A stretch of DNA of 64,000 nt. It comes from Mytilus californianus (lineage: Eukaryota). The stretch lies in the NCBI RefSeq assembly GCF_021869535.1, contig NW_026262626.1, positions 124,001-188,000 on the forward strand. Reading direction: 5' to 3'. The notes beneath the pieces are model-generated. The model did not search any database and was not told where the DNA came from. It saw only the letters and a list, made by a program, of their open reading frames with translations. Both the position numbers and the translations under genes were made by a program. Below, piece after piece: positions 38,509 to 51,950 of this stretch (position 1 is its first letter; the number at the start of each line of letters is the position of its first letter).

Positions 38509-40127
38509 TAATAGTACTGAAGACAATAACCCCTGTCACCCCCTTTTTATCTTTATGTCGAACACAATGAACTGAGGTCATCCACTTTGTCTAGGATAAA
38601 TACACGGACAATACCCAATGACCTGCGGTCATACGGGATGAGTTTAAAAAATGGCCATGGGGTTTTCCCTTAGGAAAAAAAAAATAAATATAAAACTTTT
38701 ATAAAAATAAGACAAAGGAGGATGGCTTTAGGCTTTAGTCCATTTGTTAAGGGGATTTATACATACACTTGATAAAGTGTTATTTTGAATTATAGTAGAC
38801 CTTAGAGACCTAAGATTTATTTGGCTACTTTGTTTATGTCCCTTTGGTCATACAGCTCTTTTGCAAATTTTTACGTATTTATTCATCCATAGTTTTCAAG
38901 TATTTAGGTTTGAGAGTTTCTGGTGAATGCAAATCCAGACTGAAAAGTGCCAATTTCATAATGTGTTATTTCATTCATTAGTCTAGGGAAAGGACGATGA
39001 CCTTGGATGTTCTGATTTTCTAGACAAAAAAAGATTATATTAGATCAGTATCTTCTTTATTGGTATACAAAGGGAGACGACTGAGACGTCCTTATGTCAT
39101 TTTGCTATAGGTCCATATTACGGAACATACCGAAATAACCGAATGTGTACTTAATTGATAAATATGTCAGTTTTGACGAGGTTTGCTGCGTTTAAACAAA
39201 TAAAAAGAAAGAAACCCCGCGACTGTTTTCACAAAAAAAAAACTGAAGATTTAAAATATTCGCAAGCCATGAACATTTCAGTTTTAGTTACAGTCAATTT
39301 AAATAGTAAGATTTTTATTCATTGAGAGGGCCGTTGGCTAAACAAGCATAACTGTTATAATACATGCAGCGATGATTCTAGACTTGAAAATCATAAAAAG
39401 GTTTTGATCGGAAAAAAATATCATATTTTGGCATAATGAAATAGGTAATCATATATCATATCTCCTTATTTTAATATTAGCTTGAATAACAATAAATTCC
39501 GTTGGTAAAGAAAAAAAAACCTGTTGTAATCTGCATCTGTAATTAAGGTTTATTGCTAAATTTGACAAATATTTTGATTAATTGTTTACTGAAAGTCCAA
39601 TGGCAAATATTTCATGCAATTCAACAAGAAACAGGTAATTCCTAAAAAAAATTCTGTCAGACGTCAAAGCAATCACGGACTAGGTTGACGGTTGAACGGA
39701 GGTTGAAGGTCAATATAATACTTCCATGGTTTAACCCTAAAAATTTTAGACTATTTATTCAACTTTTTTTCCAACCCCCTCACCCACCCGATTAAAAAAA
39801 GATAATAAGTTCATAAGTTACTCCAACTTCCAAGCATGGACCGAAGTTCATAAAACGCAGGACTTCGGGAAAGTTCGGAAAGCCGACAACCTTGCTTCGG
39901 AAGTTGAAATTACTCCTGTTGTTGGATCCCTGCTTTGAGTTCATATCGTTCTATGGCTCAGGATCTTTTGAATATTTGGCGGTTAAAAAACGAATGTATA
40001 ATTGTCATGAACATTAAGTTTGAAGAACATATCTCTATTCATTGATTACTTATACAGTTAAGCATTGCATCAAAATAACATTATAAAAAAAATAATTAAA
40101 AAAAAAAAAACTCGCCAGAGATACCAG

Positions 40128-40235
40128 TGATCAGGTTCACAAAAAATCTTAATACAAAAGTTGATCGTAAGTCATGAACAATTCAGTATACTTACTATCA
40201 ACTTTAGTCGTAAGATTTTTTTGTGAAACTGATCA
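40128..40235. mobile_element. 108-bp PIF/Harbinger-like MITE
   Basis: TIR TGATCAGGTTCACAAAAAATCTTA / TAAGATTTTTTTGTGAAACTGATCA. Confidence 0.65.
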
Positions 40236-40315
40236 GAGGGGCCAGTTTCACAAAGCTGTCTTAGGACTAAGACACGTTTATGATGGTCTTACGACATATC
40301 TGAGTCCTAAATGGG

Positions 40316-43300
40316 TTTAATTATACGTCAGTTACATCAGACGTCAATATAGAAAATAATGTTCCTTCCACTTGAGACTGTGAAACATCTAGTTTTAGAT
40401 ATGTTCCCTATGGTCATGTTATTACAGGAGACCTCAACATCATCGAAGACCGTGATGTCAAAACTTTTCTAAAGAAAGGACCGAAATACCGTCCTCCATC
40501 TATAATAGATTGGAAACAGTGTCGTCAGGTCATTAAAGACGCTCTGTCTGCCTACTGTAAAAATTGGTGCAAACGTGAAAAATCTGATAAAAAATCTCTA
40601 GACTGTTATTTGAATAAAATTATGAATACTGTTAATATTCGAATATCTCATTTTGAAAACAATTCTGAAATTAATAATAGGGTCCATGATATTCCCATTT
40701 CTAGAATAAAAAATAAACTCCAAGTACTCGCAGAGCGGTTTGTGTTCGTACCGGCAGACAAGGCAGCCAATAATGTAGTGGTGGTATGACGCATATACTA
40801 CACGGAAGTTCTTCAAAACGAAATTATCAATTCCTCTACATTCAGGTCCGTACGCACCACTGAGTGTCAAATCGTTAACAAGCATATCACTGCCACTACC
40901 CAGCTTAAAGCCTCTTCCGAACATTTGAAAGTCCCTACCATGTACTGGTTACCGAAATTACACAAAAAACTATTTAAATTCCGTTTCATCTCCGCATCTA
41001 GTAAGTGTTCTACTACTCATATATCAGTGCTTCTTACTACCTCCCTTACTACTATCAAAGAACTGGTTATTAACTTTTGTAATAAAGCTTATGAAAATAA
41101 TGGTATTAATTATTTTTGGGGTGTTAAAAATTCTTTAGAGGTTTTAGATAAAATACATTCTTTTGATGGTCCTTTTGGTTCTGTTGACAGTAATGATTTT
41201 TCTACTCTCTACACTACACTTCCACACAATCTAATAAAGAAAAAATTTCATATTTAATAAAATGGTCTTTCGAAAAATCTCATTGTAAATTTATTTGCTG
41301 TAACTCGTTTAAAGCCTTTTTCTGTGACGAAAAAGGAAAGTATGCTAGATACACTTACTGGAAATGTGAGGATATGATTGAAGCTTTAAATTTTCTCCTA
41401 GATAACATATATGTTCGTTTCGGCGATAAAGTGTATCGTCAGGTAGAAGTTTTCCTATGGGCACTAACTGCGCCCCTTTAATTGCAGATTTATTCCTGTA
41501 TTGCTATGAATCTCAGTTTATGACCAAACTCAGTAGAGACACATCATTGTTACATTTGGTTGATACATTCAACAATACCTACCGTTATCTGGATGATATT
41601 TTTTCGTTAAATAATCCAGAGTTCTCTAAATATACTACCGAAATTTACCCAAAAGAACTTACTTTAACTAAATCTAACATAAACAGCAGCAGTTGTCCTT
41701 TTCTAGATTTAGACATTTCAATTTCTAAAGGGAAACTCCATACTAAAATTTACGACAAAAGAGACGATTTTTCATTACCTATTGTTAATTTTCCTTTTTT
41801 AGACGGCGATGTGCCTTTGGCTCCATCATACGATGTTTATATATCCCAACTCGTTCGGTATGCCCGTGTGTGTAGTGATGTCATAGATTTTAACGAACGT
41901 AATCAATGCATCACTGGTAAATTATTGAGTCAGGGATTTCGTTACCATAAATTACTTAAAACTTTTACTAAATTCTTTCATAGATACAAAGATTTGATTA
42001 GTAAATTTGGCTGTTCCTGTAGAAAACTTATTAAAAATGGTATTTCACATCCTACATTTTATGGTAATATTGTACTTAATGCGCGGAAATCATTATGTGA
42101 TCCGTGTAAACTCATCGAACCTTTAAACAAACTTATTAGTAAGGGTTATCGTACCAATGTTGTAATTAGATCTCTGAATATAGTTTACATTGGCACTAAT
42201 ATCGATTTTGTCATTAGCAAATTAAAACATAACTAAATTTGTGTTTTCTTTTCAAACGGGATGTATAGAGACACACACACGTTCATTTTTATCTATAAAG
42301 AAGTCACTCCTAACTATCCTACTACCTGTCGATACATTTATTTTTGGCATTGCACAAGTCATGTCTTCTTTGACTGTTCATGACGTTAAAATACTAAATC
42401 CCTGGGATGTATTTTAGTTGATTTTAGTCTCTGATGCATGATTTTTTATTATTAATTGTTTTGGCTTTTAACTAGCTGTCAGTAACTGCGAGTACTCTCA
42501 AATCGTACTTTCTTTTAAATTTGACCTGTTGATACTATTTGTAATGCTTTATTATTATTTTATGTTAACATGGATCTTGTCTATATACCAGCTTTGATTA
42601 TTTGGTATTTAATTTACTACAAATTTTCACTTCTTCGTACTATGAACATCAAAATTATTTCATTTTTCATTAGATGCTGTTCTTGGACATGTACATGAAG
42701 TTTTATCTAGCACTAATTGTATATTTTTATTGTTGATATTCACCCCATATGTACCAAGTGTTAGATTAGTTTTATTGATATTAAAGAAATTTCTTGGAAT
42801 TCCTAAACGGAAGATTTTATACACACAGAAGAAGAAGCATACCTAACAACAAAATTATTTTCATTAACCTGTGTATAATATGACGCAGGTTTCTTCAAAA
42901 GTGATGATTTTCTAAAAATTGTTTGAAATTTCAAAGTGATATCATACTTTAACTTTGTTTAAACCTGTTTATTTACTTTTAACTTTAATTATTTATCCCT
43001 TGTAATTTTTTATTAACTGTGTATTTGCATTCAGGTGTCACAGGTCAAATTTATTCGTTCATTGTGTGTTAATTTACGTTTTTTGATTGAGTTAAGCCTT
43101 CCAATTGATATTTTATAGTGCGTTTTTTCTATGTTGTGATGTTATACTATTGTTTCAGAAAAGGGAGAAGGTTTGGTACCAATCAAACGTTTAATCCCGC
43201 TGCAAATATTTGCACCTGTCCTGTCAGGAATCTGATTACAGTAGTTGTCGTCTGTTTATGTAGTTCATACGTGTTTCTCGTTTTTATATAGATTTGACCG

Positions 43301-43487
43301 TTGGTTTTTCCGTTTGAATGGTTTTACACTAGTAATTTTTTGGGGCCCTTTATAGCTTGCTGTTCGGTGTGAGCCAATGCTCCGTGTTGAAGGCCGTACC
43401 TTGACCTATAATGGTTTACTTTTATAAATTGTAACTTGGATGGAGAGTTGTCTCATTGGCACTCATGCCACATCTTCCTATATCTAT
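40316..43487 (+). mobile_element. 5'-truncated Naiad (N-terminal-endonuclease-class Penelope-like) retroelement with UGA-containing RT ORF
   Basis: Frame from 40316: FNYTSVTSD..PST*DC..PYGHVITGDL..KGPKYR..PADKAANNVVVV*RIYY..YWLPKLHK..DFSTLYTTLPH; 1-nt frameshifts at about 41246 and 41450; PMGTNCAP..FRYLDDI..; stop TAA at 42236 without C-terminal GIY-YIG; 1.25-kb 3' UTR. Confidence 0.9.
42372..42430 (+). promoter_or_regulatory. SECIS element (type II)
   Basis: ATGAC (42380-84) + GTTAAAATAC/GTATTTTAGT 10-bp helix II + AA at 42396 (11 nt after core) + ATCC/GGAT mini-stem + TGAT (42419-22); helix I GACT/AGTC; about 140 nt after the ORF stop. Confidence 0.88.
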
Positions 43488-44178
43488 TCACAAAGTGGTC
43501 TTAATTTACGACATCTCTTAAAGTTGGTCTTAAAGTTAGGACTACACGAGAGCTGTCTTAGGATAGTCTTAGGATAGTCATAAGTTAAGACATCGTTATG
43601 ATGTCCTAACATGAGTTGTAAACAAATATGGCTGCTGTAGATTTAATGCACATCAGACGATGACAACAAAATGTACGCATAAATAGCTCTGATTCGGTGA
43701 AAATGGGACTCCTTTTCCTGCTCATAACTAAATCTTTATAGGTTGACGGATTATCAAAATGATTTGTCAACAATGACTTTCGATGTATTTATAGCAGAAT
43801 GCACGACTTTATCCTTTAACTTTAGTATAACCGATCATACAGTGACACATTGAATTCTACTCACTTGTACAAAAAAAATGGTCATCATTTTATTCTTTAT
43901 TTTCCCTCCATTTCGTATTTGAATTTTCATATGTATATTGGTGTATTATTAATAGATTATTTATATAAATAACACTTATTTTTATATCAATTTTGCAAAA
44001 TATCTAATTATGGAATATTGTTCAATACGTTTAGTAATCTATATATCTTATGACAGGTCTTAGGATAGCTTTGTTAAACCGGTCCCAGGGACCGTGTCAT
44101 CGAAAGTGTACTAAGATTTGTCTTAAGATATATCTTAGGACAAATATTATAGGACAGTCTTAGGAAAATTTATAATTG

Positions 44179-44306
44179 ATAAATTGTCAATTTGTTACTT
44201 GTAACTGTGTAATTTCAAAATTCTTAATTCGTAAATTGTCAATTTGCCACTTGTAACTATGTAATTTCAAAATTCTTTATTCGTAAATTGTCAAGTTGCA
44301 ACTTGA
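44179..44306. repeat. 52-bp tandem repeat, about 2.5 copies
   Basis: TAAATTGTCAATTTGCCACTTGTAACTATGTAATTTCAAAATTCTTAATTCG-like unit. Confidence 0.8.
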
Positions 44307-46387
44307 AATTCAACATTTGGAACTTTGAGATTCTTTATTTGCTACTTCGTAATTCATTAAATCTTACATTCGTATACTATTTCTTATTTTGTTATTCTTC
44401 ATTTATAACCACGTACGTCACTTAAATATTTGCCATAGACACGCTGAAATTCGTATATTGATGTTTTGTAACTTGGAACATGTCGATTCGTTAAATGTCA
44501 TCGTTGTATTATTCTAACGATCATTATGACGACAGATGGTGCTCGCTTTTATTCCTCTGTGTATAAGCATCCTGTAAGTAGGAGCACCACTATATCGAGT
44601 ATATATAACCTTAGTAATTTAAATCAATTATGTACAGCCCATACATATAAAAGAAAACAAATAGATAAATAAAATGTTCGCTTTTATATGGCATATATAC
44701 AGGAACTCGGTTTAATTTTGTTTTCTGAAGACGATACTTGGCGCTGCGTTCGAGAACGGAAACTACATCATTACAGGAAAACCCGGATAATAAACGGTTT
44801 CTATTAATCCTAAAATGCGATTATCGGACCATTTGATTCTGGCTGAGGGGGAAGGGCTGACAGATATATATTAATATACATGCCTACTAAACTTTACTGG
44901 TCAAGAAGTAATTGCCGCCACCCGATTTTTCGTCCTATAAAAATTTACAAAACGTGAAACAGATAAAACATCCTACAGGGTGTTCTCCAAATACTCCCGA
45001 TTCCCGATTCCCTCCCCTTCAACTCCGGCTTTACGCCCCCTACTCCCGGGATCCCACCTTGCTCCCTTGCCAACCACTTTCCACAGTTTGCCACCAATTT
45101 GCTCTCCAAAATGAGCTCTCACAGACCCCCCAATCATGTGCAAAGATTTTCTTGGAGAAATAAAACTGTTATGAACAGATTGGCGAGAATGGTTTCTGTG
45201 AGGTCTTCTCTCTCACCAGCTAGAGAAGTACTGGTCAAAAAGTATTTCTTGCCACCCCCATTTTTGGCGCCTCACCTGTCCAAAAAGTTATACCTAATGA
45301 TTTGAAGACATAACAACTAACAGATTGCTGATATTTTGCTCTCTAAAATGAGCTGTCATATATAAAGATTTTCATGGAGAAATAAAATTAGGGTAAGCAG
45401 ATTGGCAAGATGGCGATATCTTCTCTCTGACCAGTCAGGGAGGGATGTGTCACTTTGGTTAAAAGTGGTTATAGATGTGTAATAAAAAAGAAACAGTTTC
45501 ATAGTTTTACGATCATGGTCCTTGACAAAAAATGCAGAGGGGACACCAGGACATCACACCATTATACTACTAGTATATGTCATGTCTCGACGATCTAGTA
45601 TTCATTAAGTTTTCTGGTTGGTCAGATTCCTTTAGACTATATAGATAACAAAATATTGCATATTCAAAACAGTTTTAATACATAGTATACATTAATTAAG
45701 TGAATCGTTTAAAATAATATTTCTTTGCTCATTCAATTTGTTTTGCAAAGTACAAACATGATATAAAACATTTTTATCTTCATTATTCAAGAGCCAAATA
45801 AGTAGAGATTTTTCATATATTTGCTTCTTGTATAAAAAAACAAATCATAAGATAGTTTAGTTCTTTTCAAATTTTTTTAACTCATTTCTCCCATCATTTA
45901 TTTAGTCCTAAATTTCCGGTCCAGAGCAATATTAGTCTGAATTTTCAGACATACATGTATATTCGAGGTCACCTCTATATAAAACCGACTCCCTGTATAT
46001 ATGCCATATAAAAATAAAAAAAATATTTATCTATTTGTTTTCTTTTATATGTATGTGCTGTACATAATTGATTTAAATTACTAAGGGTATATACATATAT
46101 GGAGGTGCTCCTACTTACAGGAGGCTTATACACTGAAGAATAAAAGCGAGCGCCATCTGTCGTCATAATGATCGTTAGAATAATACAACGATGACATTTA
46201 ACGAATCGACATGTTTCAAGTTACAAAACATCAATATACGAGTTTCAGCGTGTCTATGGCAAATATTTAAGTGACGTGGTAACAAATGAAGAATGGCAGA
46301 ATAAAAATAGTATACGAATGTTAGATTTATTGAATTACAAAGTCGCAAATAAAGAATCTCAAAGTTCCAAATGTTGAATTTCAAGTT
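44298..46387. repeat. About 410-bp inverted repeat arms around a 1.27-kb spacer (probable foldback element)
   Basis: 44298-44713 is the reverse complement of about 45980-46387, roughly 90% identical by eye. Confidence 0.85.
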
Positions 46388-46680
46388 TTTTTTTTGCATA
46401 TTTTTCTCTATTCTTCCTTGTTTTTGTCCTTTATTCTGCACTTTTGCCCATTATTCTCTATTTTGCAAACTCCATCCAGACGGACCCTCATGCATTGGAT
46501 AAATTAACACAGCTGCCGAGTTATTTCATCAAAGTATACATTTTATTGGACAATGAAATTGACAAATGCACAATATATTGTGTACTTCGAAATTGACACA
46601 ATTGAAATGATTAATCCTCTGTTTTTGAAAGTTACCTTGAACATTCTCAGTGTACACGAAAATTACACGTCAGGACCAAT

Positions 46681-47035
46681 ATACACCTTATCGCTATTTA
46701 GTCCAATCCGGAAAAAAACAGTCATTTAGACAACTTCCTGTTTGGGTCAACAGGCAAAAAAAAACAAAGGTCATCAGTAACGAACTGAGGGAGGGAAATA
46801 ATTAGAAAGCGATCAATAGGAAAATTTGATAGATTGTGATCCACTTTTTCGAAAAACAAATTATAGTCAAAAAAATATTTTGTTTGAGGTATTTACGATG
46901 TTTTAAACAGGTCTCATTAAAAAGTATCATACATGGTGCATTGTTTAAACAGGGTCCCAGATAGCTTCAACTGGATGAAAAAGTTGTGTAATTTTAGAAC
47001 TTATCCGGAATGGAATAAATACCGATTAGGTGTAT
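46681..47035. mobile_element. 355-bp MITE with 32-bp TIR, absent from the duplicate copy
   Basis: ATACACCTTATCGCTATTTAGTCCAATCCGGA / TCCGGAATGGAATAAATACCGATTAGGTGTAT; empty site GGACCAATTAGAAC at about 49907-49920. Confidence 0.8.
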
Positions 47036-47274
47036 TAGAACGCACAGAATAATAACTTCCCAAGAATACAATATGATGTTTAGTGGACATAAATGCGGCT
47101 CAAAATTTTTTATATTATTTCTTCCGCTGTCGACCGTTTAAGTTTAAATGGTTGTAATTTTGAACTTTAGCTGACAAGAACGAAACATTTTGAGTGATGC
47201 TGTGTCATCAGTTGTATGAGGAAACAATTACTGAAATTGAAACCAAACAACCAAAAATATAATTTTCCTTAGTG

Positions 47275-47915
47275 TCTCACAAACTGTCTTAGGACTAAGA
47301 CGTGTCTTAGGATGGTCTTACGACATATCTGAGTCCTAAATTGGTTTCACAAAGTGGTCCTAATTTAGGACATCTCTTAAAGTTGGTCTTAAAGTTAGGA
47401 CTACACGAGAGGTGTCTTATGGTGGTCTTAGGATAGTCATAAGTTAAAACATCGTTATGATGTCCTAACACGAGTTGTTAATAAATATGGCTGCTGTAGA
47501 TTTAATGCACCTCAGACGATGACAACAAAATATACGCAGACATAGCTCTGATTCGGTAAAATTGGGACTCCTTTTCCTGCTCATAACTAAATCTGTATAG
47601 GTTGACGGATTATCAAAATGATTTATCAACAATGAACATTCGATGTATTTATACCAAGAGTGCACGACTTTGAATCGACTTTATCCTTTAACCTTATTAT
47701 AACCTTATTATAACCGATCATACAGTGACAAATTGAATTCAACTCACTTGTACAAAAAAATTTCATCATTTTATTCTTTTTTTTCTTTATTTTGTATTTG
47801 AATTTTCATATGTATATTGGTGTATTATTAATAGATTATTTATATAAATAACACTTATTTTTATATCAATTTTGCAAAATATCTAATTATGGAATATTGG
47901 TCAATACGTTTAGGA
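47275..47915. mobile_element. Second, uninterrupted but end-truncated copy of the Harbinger-like MITE
   Basis: Highly similar to 40250-40318 joined to 43487-44040. Confidence 0.8.
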
Positions 47916-48930
47916 ATCTATGGGAAACACATGCTACATTTACATGTATTTTAATAGTGTAAATATTATTTGAACTATCTTTTACAATGTTTGAATTAAG
48001 ATATATTTAAAGGACATTAACTGTAAGATATTTTATTCACACTTATTATCTAGGAATAACTGGATTCTTATCGATTTGTAAAAAGTAAACTTTAACAACA
48101 GTACCGAGAATCTCATCTTCAATTTTTTTTTATAATTTTACAAAATTAAAACAGCTGGCCGACTTGCAAGTAGTTTACGATTTCACGAAATACAGATTTT
48201 AAAACCTTTGGAACTTTTCCAGCGTTTTAAAGAAAGGTTTGTTTTTATAAATTTCAGAATACCACGCAAGTTTTGTGTTTGTAAAGTAAGTTAATGTTCG
48301 CCATCGAAGTTTGTTAAATAGCTATCAAATTGAAAGGAATTATATGGTGTATGCATTCATGATTAAAACCAACAAAAAGCGCTTTTACTATACTTTTCTT
48401 CATCTTAAAGTCACCGTGAGATATTCAAAATGGAGTCATAGCGTACACCGCACTGCAAGTTCAATACAGCGCATATCACCGATTTTGGTAATTATCTTTG
48501 CTAGATTTCGATCGCGCTACATCTATAGATGCATTGCAGAACGCAGCTTCGATGTAATATTGACAAATTATTATATCAGGCAAGAAATTATAACAGATAT
48601 TGTCAGTTTGTCCGACAATCACACCACAAAATACAGAAACAATACGAACATCTGGCAATTACGGGTCACATTCAGATATATAGTAAATAACATGACAGCA
48701 AGACAAGATATCTTAAAGTCATTGTGAGATCTGCAACATGGAACTAAAGCGCACACCACACTGCAAGTTCAATACGACGCCAAAATCCAAAGGAAGAGCA
48801 TTTATATTGCTGTTTTTATTTCAAAGCCAAAGTCAAGTATATAATATCGAACAAAAGCTCACCCCTCACTGAAAGTTCAAGACGGCCCAAAGTACCTGTT
48901 TGAGAGGATTAATTTGCTGGATATCGATGC

Positions 48931-49165
48931 GTAAGGGTCTGGATGGTGGTTCTTCATTTCTGCATTCTTTAATTTATTAGATTATTTTTCTCTACTCTTT
49001 ATTTATTTCACCCAATATTCTCTATTACTTATATTTAAACAAGGGCCAGGTGTTCTTTATTCTTTATTTTTTTTGCATATTTTTCTCTATTCTTCCTTTT
49101 TTTTGTCCTTTATTCTGCATTTTTGCCCATTATTCTCTATTTTTCAAACTCCATCCAGACCCTCA
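48931..49165. mobile_element. MITE with TIR T(A/G)AGGGTCTGGATGG / CCATCCAGACCCTCA
   Basis: 15-bp TIR, internal pyrimidine-rich TATTCTCTAT repeats; partial relatives at 19530-19635 and 46388-46488. Confidence 0.7.
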
Positions 49166-51359
49166 TGCATTGGATAACACAGCTGCCGAGTAATATCATC
49201 ACAGTACGACGCAGTCCGGTAAATCCGCCCACATAAGGCTTTGATCGTATGCATTTCTGCTTAATAATATACAAATTGTATCAAATTTAATATAAATCGA
49301 TTCACTGACAAATCAATTTTGAGAAGTTTATCTCATTTGCCAAAATATATCTGAAATAAATTTTAAAATCAACAAAACAAGTGGGTCATCTATGTTTTTT
49401 TTCGGAAATGTGTTTGTCCGGTAAATCTGCCCATGGGCAGTAAATATGTATGGAGGGCCAGTTTATCACAGTTTATGAAAGGAAAAGGGGATCTATTAAT
49501 AGACCACTTATAAAGGGATTCCAGACATAAAAACGAGTTTTGTAAGCAATAATATGATTATCGTTAGCGTTAGGAACTGTAATATATATATATATATCAC
49601 TAGATATTTTCGTAATAAAGAATTTTGCTTTAAAATTTGACATACAGTAATAATAAGTACAGTTCCTATGAATAAAATGGCAAACGAATTATTCACGGAA
49701 GTGACAATTCAAAGTAAATGGGAGTTGGCGGGTTTACCGGACGGGCGGAATTACAGGACACAACTGTATACATTTTATCGGACAATGAAATCTAGCAAAT
49801 GCACAATGTATTGTGTACTTCGAAATTGACACAATTGAAAAAAATAAATCCTCTGTTTTTGAAAGTTACCTTGAACCTTCTCAATGTACACGAAAATTAC
49901 ACGTCAGGACCAATTAGAACGCACAGAACAATAACTTCCCAAGAATACAATATGATGTTTAGTGGACATGAATGCGACTCAAAGATTTTTATATTATCTC
50001 TTCCGCTGTCGACCGTTTAAATTTAAATGGTTGTAATTTTGGACTTTAGCTGACAAGAACGAAATATTCTGATTGATGCTGTGTCATCACTTGTATGAGG
50101 AAACAATTACAGAAACTGAAACCAAACAACCAAAAATATAATCATCCTTAGTGTCTAGTTGCAAAATCATGTCCAATTTTAAACGGATTGATAATAAACT
50201 TGACCGGTGTTACAGAAATCACCAAATAATGCATCACGCCCTTACACACTGTTTGGGTCGGGATATGTATTATTTAAAAAAAAAAGCTTTTGTTTTACTT
50301 GATATGTGAAACATTGTACAATGTATTTGTGTATATTTGGAATATATTAGACACATACGTTTCCGAGTGTATCTACGTTGTGATAAAGAAGCAGAACATA
50401 CCGATAGGTCAATCAAAAATCATAAGTCGAAGATAAACAGACAATTTTAATGGAGGGATGAGTGCTCGCACAAATGTTTAACCTTGCCACATTCTGCATG
50501 TACCTGTCCCAAGTCAGGAGTTGTTATCATTCGTTGCTGTCTGTTATATTTGTTTTTCGTTAATTTTTTTTAAATAAATGAATCCATTGTCTTTCTCTCT
50601 TTTGAATTGTTTGACATTTTGTCATGCCTTTTATAAGTGACTTTACAGTGTAGGTTTAAGTCATTGTTTATGGATTATGGCTAAGACAATCGGGACACAT
50701 CCGTGGTCATCTGTCACATATCTTAACGGTCAACCAAATCATGATCGCGTCCGTTAAACTTTCGAAGGGAAGACTTTATCACTAAATATATAAAATCGAC
50801 TTACAACGGTAATCGTTGATGACTACCCTTGTAAATATTTAGCTAATTTCAGTATACAGTAACTGTTGTGTAGTATTATTTAATCTTAAACGTCTCAGTT
50901 TTAATTTTAGGCTAAAATTTAAGAAAAACGAAACAAACAAATAAATCTTGAGAGAAAAAAAAAATTAACACTAACAAAAGGGAACACGATGAACAGTATA
51001 GACAATTGTAACGTTTTGCATTCAAGATTTTCAAACAAATTCATTCCATTGGAAAATTTAGGCAAACTACCAGCTTATAGATATATAAACATATTAAAGG
51101 ATAGTTCTAATCCTGAGTGGACGATTTGAATTTGCAAGTGACAAATTGTAGATCTGGACTAAATTTAAGACTTTATAGATAGTTCACATAGACGGGATTG
51201 TTTTGGCCGACACAAGCTATATATGCTATGACAATCATTTCACTAATATATTGTCAATAATGTCATCTCGTATTACAAATATTCAGGTTAGAACGATCGA
51301 TTGAAAATAGTCAATTGAAACCTAGTCCATAAAATCGAGCTTTGTATACAAGTCTTTCT

Positions 51360-51950
51360 AACGTTAGAGTACCCAAATTGCACCTATTTTGACAGTTTTT
51401 TCACCTACGTTTATTTATGATCCAGACAAAAGTTTCCATTCTGGGTTAATTTTTAGATGTATTCTTATTTACTATATAGTTCCATCAATTTAATTTTGAA
51501 TCCATATTGAATCATAGAAAAATGGGTTTGAACCAACCTCCAAACGATCCATGATTCTGTAATGAGGAGTACAAAAATTGCATACATGCTTAAATTCACA
51601 TCCTTAAAAATCGAATAACAGAGGTTTTGTTTTATTTCTTCAATTATTTAGAACAATTTGACATTAGTCCATGCTTAGTTTTCATTTTGTAAGAAATGGA
51701 TGCTTGTAACATGTTTTATTTGCTAATTTATAAAAGATGACTTTTAGTGGACGTCGCATGGCTACGTTTCCATAGATTTTACAGTTTTGTGCATATCTAC
51801 ATATATTTAGCTATGTTGAAAGACATGCATAATGTCAAATCACATAAATACAAATTGTTTAGTCTTTAAAAAAACTTGTAAGATTTCCGCTCCTTTATTG
51901 CTAAATAGGTGCAATTTGGGTACTCGGTGCAATTTGGGTACTGTGACGTT
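51360..51950. mobile_element. MITE with about 30-bp TIR
   Basis: AACGTTAGAGTACCCAAATTGCACCTATTT versus AAATAGGTGCAATTTGGGTACT(dup)GTGACGTT. Confidence 0.6.

Larger units (their letters stand above)
40238..44086. mobile_element. PIF/Harbinger-like MITE interrupted by the Naiad insertion
   Basis: TIR GGGGCCAGTTTCACAAAG / CTTTGTTAAACCGGTCCC; halves 40238-40318 and 43487-44086 join to match the uninterrupted copy at 47275-47915. Confidence 0.75.
46388..50158 (+). repeat. Local direct segmental duplication with indels
   Basis: 46388-46520 matches 49068-49190; 46540-47277 (minus insertion 46681-47035) matches 49775-50158. Confidence 0.85.

Noticed and set aside
48311-48727. 138-aa ORF
   Set aside because: Low-information AT-rich translation within a degenerate direct repeat of about 308 bp; no domain motif.
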